Assembly (NCBI GenBank): GCA_964016885.1
Contig: OZ024743.1
Span: 239,816,001 to 239,880,000, forward strand
Direction of reading: 5' to 3'
Length of the DNA stretch: 64,000 bases
Source of the DNA: Eledone cirrhosa
Taxonomy: Eukaryota
Translations under genes and position numbers: made by a program
In this document: positions 54,319 through 64,000 of the stretch, in pieces
Layout of the letters: every line of letters begins with the position of its first letter
Position numbering within the stretch: the stretch's first letter is position 1
The notes under the pieces: generated by a model
Database searches by the model: none
The model's input: the letters and a program-made list of their open reading frames with translations, nothing else
What the model was told of the DNA's origin: nothing

Positions 54319-56543
54319 CCCATAATATTATAGATCTGCGGGATAAGGATAGACATGAGACTATACAACAACATATTTCTGGCACAACTACTTTCCCTGA
54401 TTCAACGAATAATCTTAACTATAAACAAACTTTATATTGCTATTATATTCCTGAGTACACTGTACCAAATTAAACTGCTGCTTGTTATTGCTGGTAAGCC
54501 TTCTTTGATTATAGATTTCCCCGATGAAATAGAAAAATACCAAGAAAATAATGCAATATAATTTTTTACTGGATATTAAGCCCTTTTAGATAATGCTTAC
54601 TCAAACAGGACTGATCTGGAGCTCAACAAAAATGCCACAATGGCGAAAGCTCAGATCGTATTTCAATGAAATTTTAGAAATATACAGATCCTTGAGGCAA
54701 ATGCCATAAACCATTATTTCATGTTCTCTGAGTCTGAGAAGCGTGCATTTGTAAGGGCTATTTTTAATGTTTTACTTGTTTTTTAAATACTTTAACCATC
54801 ATTTATCTTATAAACATCTGTAGAGTTTAAAAAATTATAAACTTACTACACAAAATTTGATTTGAACTACAGAAGTACGTTAAAATCAACATTTTTAAGA
54901 ATCAGAAAATGATATAGTCTAACTTCTAAGTGAAAGGTATTGTCTTGCTAAGTCCTTATATGTTTGATTTCGTCATCAGTAAATTGTTTGCAATATATTC
55001 GCTTGTATCAACAATTACAAATATATTACATTTGTCACTCCGTTAATATTGTTTGTATTATTGCTTGGCGACTTCTAGGTCTTGGTAGAACAGTGATGCC
55101 AAGAGATAAACACAAGATGCTGAGCAGTGGGATCATATCTGGAACTTAATAATTGTGAAGTGAACTTTATAACCATTCGGTCAAAACAAAGTCTATACCA
55201 AGCGTGTGAACAGTATCCTTTTCGTAACGGACACACAGGAAGACGTGGAGAAATTAGCAATATTTTTTTCTAACTTCAACATCTAAAACAATTCAACTAA
55301 AACTAATAATAAAGTGATTACATTTCTAAATATAAATATTCAGATAGGAATCATTAGATACATCCAGTTCATTTGTACCAAACACACAAATAAATGCATA
55401 CACTTCATTCACAAACGAGAACTAGATAAAAATACATTCACAGAAATGATGTAAATTATTATTATGCATGCACAAATATATTTATGCAAAATACACTGTA
55501 CAAAAGTACATATGTAGAGGAACTCCTTAGTTAAGGAGTTGCAACTAAATGGACATCCTTTGGAGTAGAACAATTGCAGCACAACGATATGAGTACTACA
55601 GAATATTGAACAAAAAATTCTAATAACATTTCATATTGTACTCCTGCATACCCCGAAAAACAATAACCACAATAACCAAACATCCATCTCTGAAATAACA
55701 GCTACTAATCTATGTACATACCTCTTCTAAAGCATGCATAGGCATGACTTTCAACGCCTGTAAATCTATGTACAATGCACAGAGTTCTTTTCAATAGAAA
55801 TTAATTTACCAGATAGTAATGCGTTTGTCAGTGATTTTACTGAGACAAAAACTTGACGCATGAAACCTTGGCCAACCTCCTCGGACTAAAAAATATCTAA
55901 TTTAAAATTAAAAAAATATATATATATTTTTTTTTTGTCTATTGTATCTTTAAATCAATATTTCTCTACCTGCCAATATCCCAACATACAGATCTATATA
56001 TATAATCTATCTCCATAAAACTGTACCTGTCTATCGATCAGGTATTATCATTTCTGTCTGTAAAGGGCGATAGATTGGCAGTATCAGTAAAGGGTCGGAC
56101 GCCATGCTTTGTAGCCTAGAGTTACGCCCCTTTACGGTCTGAGTTCAAATTCTGCCGAGGTTAATTTTGCCTTTCATCCTTACGGGGTCGATAAAATACT
56201 GTACCAGTAATGCACTGGGATAATTGCTGGCCTTGTGCCAAAAGTAGAAACAGTTATCATTTCTGTCTACCTATCGGCCGATTTGTTTGTGTATATTTCT
56301 GTTTAGTAATTGGTATTGTTAGTGATATATGTTTGTCTGTCTGTCTATATGGCTTTCTATCTATGTATGTATGTGTTAATTTTATATTTGTTATTTGTTT
56401 TCTTTACTCGCCTTTTTGTGTAAACTCCCCCCTTGTATTTGTCCCCTTCTTTTGCGCCCTAGTGGCAATAAATAGAAATCTATCTATGTATGTATGTGTA
56501 TACGTATGTATGAATCTATGTATGTATCTATCTATCTTTTTCG

Positions 56544-56579
<36 letters not shown>

Positions 56580-56596
56580 GTCGAGGGTATGTATAT

Positions 56597-56658
<62 letters not shown>

Positions 56659-57786
56659 CAAGAAACAGAGGCTATGTAGTTGCTGGATAAGGTGTACTTA
56701 TAAATAAGAAGAAAGTATGAACGGGAGAAAACTTTCCTTCATCAGATGTCTGCTGGAGGCCCTGGATATTTCTACGCATTCAAGACAAGATATCTCACCC
56801 CAGAGCGTAAATAACTAAAGGAAGTTATTGGGGAAAAAAATCTGTATTCTCCTTAATGTAGAGAAAAAAATACTGTATCATGCTGCTATTTCTAGCAGCA
56901 TGAAATATCCGCGAGTCTATAATTCCCGCTTTTTCTAACGGTCCAATAAGTGTGTGGGTCATTTTAACGGCTTGATTCATTCACTGGGCAGAGGGTGATA
57001 TATCTACATCTATACGGACTTATGTCTAGTAGATTTGGAAAAGCTATCTGAAGAGCTATATCTTTCCATTGGAAATTCTCTGAGTTTCCAATCTTTTGAT
57101 AAGCGAAACCGTCGGTCATGGCACTAGAAGAGGTAAATATTTAAATCGTATTTGAATTTATTTAAAAGATTCTTTAATGTTTACTTGTTCCGCTCATATA
57201 TATATATATATATATATATTAATAGATTAATAGTGTGAGTGTGTGTAAAAATAATTTTAGGCTACATTCCGAAATGTGGGGAAATCTGAAATTTGAATAT
57301 ATAGTCAATTCATTGCGAATAACCTTGATAATAGTTGGTAACTAATAGTAGTTCAACAAGTCCAGTAAAGTACCCAAGAAGACGGAAAAACATGGATAGA
57401 GACACTGCTGGGTACCAAAACCAAAACCACGCATCTCTCGCATGCTGTGGAACCGTGTTCTTTCTTTATGTTTTGTTCTCCCAAGGGCATTTTACCTGAA
57501 TTATTCAGATATTAATTATATTTATCTGTATTGTGGTGACCACATTTTTTAAATATATATGTATACATATATATACAAATATATGCATACATATCTTTCT
57601 CGTTCTCCTTATCACACACACACACACACATATATATATATAGGTCTAGAATGGGATGGATTCTGCCAGGCTTAAAATGCCCAAGAAACGCCGTATGTCA
57701 ATACGGAGCCCGTACGACTATATGAGGAGTTACAGAACTAAAAGAGAAAAGAAAAGAATATATATATATATATATACACACACACC

Positions 57787-57826
<40 letters not shown>

Positions 57827-58005
57827 TATATATAACAAAGAAAGTAAGGTAAGAAACGTGGTGGACCATAAAGCACCAGAGTACTCGATACTTAGGGTAG
57901 TAGAGTGGGTAATAGGAAAAAAGTCAGGACCCCGACGGCTGAGCTCCGGCCGTTTCGGCAGCTAGGTCCAAACAGAGCTCAGCCGTAGGGGTCCTGACTC
58001 TTTTC

Positions 58006-58058
<53 letters not shown>

Positions 58059-58099
58059 CGATATTAAACAAATGGAAACTATATTTATAAAACCATATT

Positions 58100-58165
58100 T
58101 ATTTCGTTATATATATTTCAGGGATATCATATTAAAAATATGGTATGCCTTCCTCAGACAAAATA
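58100..58165 (-). ncRNA. Type-I hammerhead motif (family B)
   Basis: TATTTTGT-CTGAGGA-AGGCATACCATAT tttta ATATGATATCCCT-GAAA-TATATA-TA-ACGAAATA. Confidence 0.8.
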
Positions 58166-58240
58166 CAATACATAAGCTGTTTTATATCAGTTATAAAATA
58201 TTTACTCGTTGTAACCCAACAATCTTAAATAAAACTTTTG

Positions 58241-58271
<31 letters not shown>

Positions 58272-59008
58272 CAGGTCACTCTAGAGTGCTACTGGTAACA
58301 TATAACCCAGTACAACCTGTCTTATGGTCGGGTCGTCGGTGACTAAACCAGCCACCCCACCAGGCTTGCTTGGTGGGGTGGCTGGTTTAGTCAACCACCC
58401 CACCAAGCAAGCTTGGCGGGGTGGTTGATATTTGGACACACTGCGGGATAAAATACAAGACCCGGAAAAGGGCGGAGGAACTCAATAGAGTCAATGGCTA
58501 TCCAAATATTCTCTTTTTTTCTTTTTGAGGGCTGTCGTATTTTCCATGGCAAACAATTGCACCGAAGATATGTGTCGTCAGTTCCAAAAAGTGTGGTTGG
58601 TCCTACGGAAGCCTTCACCACTTAAAACAAAACTTTGTATGGGTAGTTCAACCACAGTTCACTTTCTCACATTTAACTTTTGTGGGACCCTCATACCTCG
58701 GATATCGACGGGAGAGTCCATCACACACACACACACGCCTATATATATATCAGTCCCGGATTCAATCGGGGTTAGCCAAGTTAGTAATGTACTCACTATA
58801 TTAGTAGAGGGTAAACATCAAGTTTAATACATGAACGGGTTCTACAGAAATAGAACTGTTTCATTCAAAATAAATCTTTAGGAATGCCCTGATGATTTCT
58901 TTTGAACGAAACAGTTCTCCTTCTGTAGAAGCCATTTCTTTATTAAAATTGATACACACACACATACATATATTTATATACAAATGTATGTATGCCACGT
59001 AGACACAT

Positions 59009-59047
<39 letters not shown>

Positions 59048-59418
59048 CACGTACATATGTACGTATGGGTTATACGAACATTATATACATAGACACACAC
59101 ACATACATATTTACACACACACATATATATAGAGGATATATATATATATTTGTTTGTTTGCATAATTAATTATCCACGAGATTCACATTTTATATATCGA
59201 ATACTCATGTACATCCCACCACCTTACCTTTGAGGACTGCTGGGATACTTTTTGATTTTATTTCTTTTCTCATCAGTTAACATATTAAACAAATGAGAAA
59301 AAAAACAATGTTTTTTTTTTCATTGTTCATCTTCAATATTAGTGATATTTCTGCTTCACCTCCTCTTCCTCTTCTTTTACTTCTTCTTCTTCTTCTATTA
59401 TTATTATTATTATTATTG

Positions 59419-60212
59419 TTCTTTGAGTCTCAGTCATTGATGTTAGTTAACTGGAAAGTTTGTTGAAATGAATATCAAGCCACTACCTGCAGCCTCAGAT
59501 ATTCAGGACGTATCGGAGGATGCTTGCTGTTCCCAGCAAGCATGCCTTTTGAAGTGTTCCAAAAAGCGTGGCGGGGCCAATTTTCTTTAACCAGCCCTGG
59601 AAATTTTTTGAGATAGTACCGAGTGCGCCTATGACAATCGGGACTACTTTGACTTATGGCAGTTCCAAATCCTTTTTACCTCCCACTTTAAGTCCTGGTA
59701 TCGGTTAATTTTCTCCCTCTCCTTCTCTTGCACTCTCGTGTCGAATGGGCAGGCCACACCCACAATCAGGTACGATCTTTTTTCCTTGTCCAAAACCACC
59801 AGGTCATGTCTATTGTGTTCCAGTTTCTTGTCCGTCTGTATCCTAAAATCCCATAGCACCTTCACCTGATCGTTTTCTATCACCGACTCTGGCTTATGCT
59901 CATACCTCTTCTCAGAATGTGGTAAATTGTTTACTTTGCATAGGTGCCAGTGGTTCACTCTGCCCATAACATCATATCTCCAGCCTTTATAGTGAGTCTG
60001 GGCTAGGTGTTTACACTCGGATACAATGTGAGCCACAGTCTCCTCTCTCTCCACAGATCCTGCACAGTGGGCTAGCCTCCTCCTTGTAAATGTGGTGTTT
60101 CAGCCACTTCGTTTTGAGGGCCTGCGCTTGCGCAACCATTAGCATTCCTACTGTAGCATTTTTAAGGTCTCCTCTTCTCAACCAGTTCCATGTCTGTGGA
60201 TCTCTGAATTCC
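59419..60212 (-). mobile_element. R4/Dong-like LINE copy 3 (frameshifted)
   Basis: Same sequence family as 3404-5297; (TAA)n on both sides. Confidence 0.9.
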
Positions 60213-60231
60213 TATTATTATTATTATTATT

Positions 60232-60746
60232 AGGGCGATGGATTGGCAGTATCGGTAGAGGGTCGGACGCCATGCTTTCCAGCATAGTTACGTCCCTTTA
60301 CGATCTGAGTTCAAATCCCGCCGAGGTTGACTTTGCCTTTCATCCTTACGGGGTCGATAAAATAAAGTACCAGTAATGCACTGGGTAATTGCTGGCCTTG
60401 TGCCTAAAGTAGAAACAATTATTATTATTATTAGAGGGCGGTGAATTGGCAGTATCGGTAGAGGGTTGGACGCCATGCTTTCTAGCAGAGTTACGTCCCT
60501 TTACAGTCTGAATTCAAATCCCGCCGATGTTAACTTTGCCTTTCATCCTTACGGGGTCGATAAAATAAAGTACCAGTAATACACTGGATAATTGCTGGCC
60601 TTGTGCCTAAAGTAGAAACAATTATTATTATTATTATTTGGATTGGCAGTATCGGTAGAGGGTCGGACGCCATGCTTTGACGTATAGAGTTACAGCCCTT
60701 GCCAGTAATGTACTGATAAATTGCTGGCCTTGTGCTAATAGTAGAA
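60232..60746 (+). mobile_element. Three tandem SINE family 1 copies separated by (ATT)n
   Basis: 60232-60420, 60436-60622, and 60639-60746 (internally deleted). Confidence 0.9.
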
Positions 60747-60846
60747 TAATAATAATAATAATAATTATTATTATTATTATTATTATTATTGTTCTTTGAG
60801 TCGCAGTCATTGATGTTATTTAACTGGAAAGTTTGTTGAAATGAAT

Positions 60847-63058
60847 TTTCAGCAGCACTTTGCTGAACTGTTCGGGAGCAGCGGCGGCCCGGATCGGGGC
60901 ATGGACTTCAGTGCATACCTTGACGGACTGCCTCGGCTCTCGACGACCGTAGCACAGTGTTGCCAAAACCCAATAACAGCCGGTGAAATACGGGAAGCGA
61001 TGGCTAACTGCAGGAGGGGTAAATCGCCAGGTCTGGATGGTCTGCCCTACGTGCTTTATGCATTTATGCCAGACTTGTTCGGTGACCTCTTGGCAGACGT
61101 CTACTGCAGGTGGCAGCAGAACGGGAGCATTCCTAGTTTTGTGAGCCGGGCAGCGGTGGCACTGCTGAGAAAAGATCCCAACAAGAGGGATGATATCGAT
61201 AATTTCAGGCCCATAACCCTGTTAAACGCAGAGTTCAAGAAGAGGCGCAGACATGCGCCATTCCGGACAGATCCAAACACGACAACCTCCAGGATTGTCC
61301 CCTCTCGTCCCTCTTGTACGTATTGGCTCTCGAGCCGTTACTGCACAAACTGGTGGTGACGAGGGTCGTCCCACGCGAACTAGGATGCGGGAAATCCGAG
61401 TCGGCTTATGCCGACGACGTCACCGTGGTGGTGTCGAGCACCAGACACGTCCAGATGTTCGGCACCGCTCTCAAGGAATACGAAGCGGTGAAAGGAGTAA
61501 AGATAAACCAGGAACAGTCGGTGGGCTTGCAGCTCGGCACCTGGAGAGGCAAGTCCATGCCGTCCGACAGCATCGTGGGGCGTTGGACGGACGGACCGGT
61601 TAAATTGCTCGGGGTCTGGTTCGGACCGGACCTCCAGATGGAGAAAAGCTGGAACGAGGTGACGAGCAAAGTGGCCTCTCTCACCCAGAAATGGTCTGAG
61701 AGGAAGCTGTCCCGGGCGGAGGTGGCGAATGCGTATATCGCATCCGTCATCTGCCACCGCCTAACCGTCATCCCTTGCCCGGCCCAACTCTCACCAAAAT
61801 GGAGCGCCTCCTCTTCCGCTTTTTGTGGAAGGGACGCGCTCCCATGGTCAGACGATCCATCTGCTGCCAACACCCGTTGCCTGTAGAACTGGGCATGCCA
61901 TGGCTGATGATGCGCAAACATGCGCTGAGGCTGCGACATCTCTGGTGCTTCCTTGACGGTGAACAGGTGTGGTCGCCGTTCGCCAGGCACGTTCTCCCAC
62001 AGCTCGTCTCCTTGGCGGAGCTGCAGTCCTGGGTCAGAAAAAGACCGAGGGATAGCGCTTGGAAACTGAAATGTCTCCAGGCGCTCACTGCCCTCTGCCA
62101 TATGGTCACCAGTACCGGTGGAACATCCACCTCGGCGTTCTATTAAGGACTAGTGGAGGGGAAGAGCGACGACATTCTCGGAGAGATCCTGGGCGTCGAA
62201 GAAGATCAGCTGTTTGCTCTCTTCCGGAGAACTTTCAGCCCAGGGCCTATGGATAACTTCCAAAAATCCCTGACCTGGAAGTGCTACCGGGGAGCGCTGC
62301 CGGTTCGAGATAAGCTCTACAGGCATGGAAGTGCCGTCAGCCGAGCCTGTCTGAGATGCGCGCAGAGCGACGAAACCGTCGTGCACGCACTCGTTCAGTG
62401 CCCGAGCATTGCTGACTTGTGGAGCTATGTCGAACAGTTGCTGTCGCGTGTAGGACTAATCCGGTTATCGACTGAAACCATTGTGCAGATGGTCTCGCCG
62501 TCTTCCTTCGAGGAGGAAGGGCAGGCGGTTTTCATCTTCCTGGTGGCCATGGCGAAAGAGATTGTGTGGTGGACAAGGTTGATAGGATTAAAGACAGATA
62601 ATTTCCTCTTCGGCGCATCCCTAATTAACTTTTTCAAGTTGAAGAGGAAAATCAGGGTGGAGAGGCAAGTGCTGCCTTCTAGCAAGTTTGTTGAAAGGTG
62701 GGTGAATGTAGCGAGAATGGTCCGATTGAACGGGACCGCTCTGAATATACGTCTGTAGTTTGAGAGAGGGAACAATTGAGAGAGGGCGCTTGCCCTGGTG
62801 GTCAGGGTGGCCGTGGTCTTTTGTGTGGTTTTCGCCACGAGTAACCCTCGGAGGTTTCCCCCCTATTGGGGAATTGTTCATTGTTTCAATTTTCATTTTT
62901 ATTGTTTATATATATATATGTTTCTATGTCTTTTTTTCTTTTTTTATATAAATAATAAAAATATTTACACGCACAAAACCCACATTGTATCGTCCTGTAC
63001 CGTCCTGTGCCGTCTGTAATGTTTTTCTTGATGTAAGCCCTTGTGGCCAATAAAGAAA

Positions 63059-63060
<2 letters not shown>
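60847..63060 (+). mobile_element. 5'-truncated, decayed Tx1/L1-clade LINE (ORF2 remnant + 3' UTR, (ATT)10 tail)
   Basis: KSPGLDGLP, FRPITLLNAEFK, QDCPLSSLLYVLALEPL, AYADD, LLGVWFG, C-terminal CLRC..ETVVHALVQC; frameshifts; RT domain 3 deleted. Confidence 0.85.
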
Positions 63061-63090
<30 letters not shown>

Positions 63091-63301
63091 GACGAAAGTG
63101 GATGTACGTTTTTTGAAGCTCCGTGAGTAAGCAATTTTTTGAGGATTAATTGTAGAGAATTGTTTATTTTTTGTACCGCTGAAGCATTATAAGACATTAA
63201 TTTGTATCCTGTGAAGGAATAACTCATAATATTTGGGCCTTTTGGCCCAAATATTTGAACTTTATTTTGAAAAAAAATAATAATTTTTTTCTCAAAAAAA
63301 C

Positions 63302-64000
63302 ATGGCGGAGCCACGCCCCCTAGAGGCGGGTCTGCTGTCGTGCAACGGCGACTTGAGCGTTGAGAGGAGAGGTGAGGCGAGGAGCGCCACCAGCACGAGT
63401 GTGAGCAGCGACAGTGCCAGCACCAACGGGCCGAGCGGCGCGGAAGGTGGTAACAGCGACAACACCAACACCAACAAGCCGAACAGCGCAGAAGGTGGTA
63501 ATAGCGAGAGCACCAACAAAACAAACAGCACAGAGAGTAATAGTAGCGACAGCAACAGCACCAACAAGGCCAACAGCACAGAGGGTAACCACGACACAGG
63601 GGAGAACAACAACAGCAATAGCAGCAGCAACACCAACAAGAACAACAACAGTGACAACACCAACAAGAACACCTTCGCTGCTGTGGCAGCGGCTAAAAGG
63701 AGACCATGCTACAGCATCGACTTAACCAACAGAGAGGAAAAGTTGGCCCAGGCCTGGAAAATCATAAATCAAGAGCAGACCTGGGCAAACTTAACTGTCC
63801 CGGCAGAAGCCATTGAGGCAGTGGAAAAAAGAACGGTGCATTTCAGATGCATCTCAGTAGAGACAAAGAGGGCAGCGATAATCGCCCAAGCTGACATAGA
63901 AGCCGCACTGAAATACATCAGAGAGGACACAGACTTCATAGAGAGGGGCAGGCAATACGGCACCGTTTCGGTGCTGTTCAAGTCTGAAGCCCTCGCTGTG
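63302..64000 (+). CDS. Open ORF running off the window, probable ORF1 (gag-like) of a Tx1/L1-type element
   Basis: 233 stop-free codons by manual translation: MAEPRPLEAG..., S/N/T-rich repeats, TFAAVAAAKRR motif, then a globular region ...ERGRQYGTVSVLFKSEALAV. Putative 5' UTR starts at 63091, right after (ATT)10. Confidence 0.7.
   Translation, partial: MAEPRPLEAGLLSCNGDLSVERRGEARSATSTSVSSDSASTNGPSGAEGGNSDNTNTNKPNSAEGGNSESTNKTNSTESNSSDSNSTNKANSTEGNHDTGENNNSNSSSNTNKNNNSDNTNKNTFAAVAAAKRRPCYSIDLTNREEKLAQAWKIINQEQTWANLTVPAEAIEAVEKRTVHFRCISVETKRAAIIAQADIEAALKYIREDTDFIERGRQYGTVSVLFKSEALAV

Overview
Eukaryotic, AT-rich, microsatellite-saturated intergenic/intronic DNA. The SINE families and the (TA)n/(TG)n load suggest a mollusc, probably a cephalopod such as Octopus (inference). 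No intact host gene can be supported, and almost all ORFs in the track are microsatellite artefacts. Real content: (i) R4/Dong-like RT+restriction-like-endonuclease LINEs sitting in (TAA)n repeats, one with an uninterrupted ~605-codon frame. (ii) A decayed Tx1/L1-type LINE followed by the 5' end and open ORF1 (63302->64000, missing from the ORF track) of a second one. (iii) RTE and CR1/L2 fragments. (iv) About 20 copies or fragments of a tRNA-derived SINE whose 3' tail matches the Tx1 3' end, plus a second SINE family. (v) A head-to-tail pair of non-autonomous Helitrons and several Tc1/mariner-like MITEs. (vi) Penelope-like element (PLE) remnants. The most striking signal is a swarm of short, (TA)n-embedded, often fold-back elements from many families. 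Together with the PLE remnants they carry about 18 minimal type-I hammerhead ribozyme motifs, including U3:A8 covariant and U4A core variants. All structures were read by eye; none was computed or database-searched.
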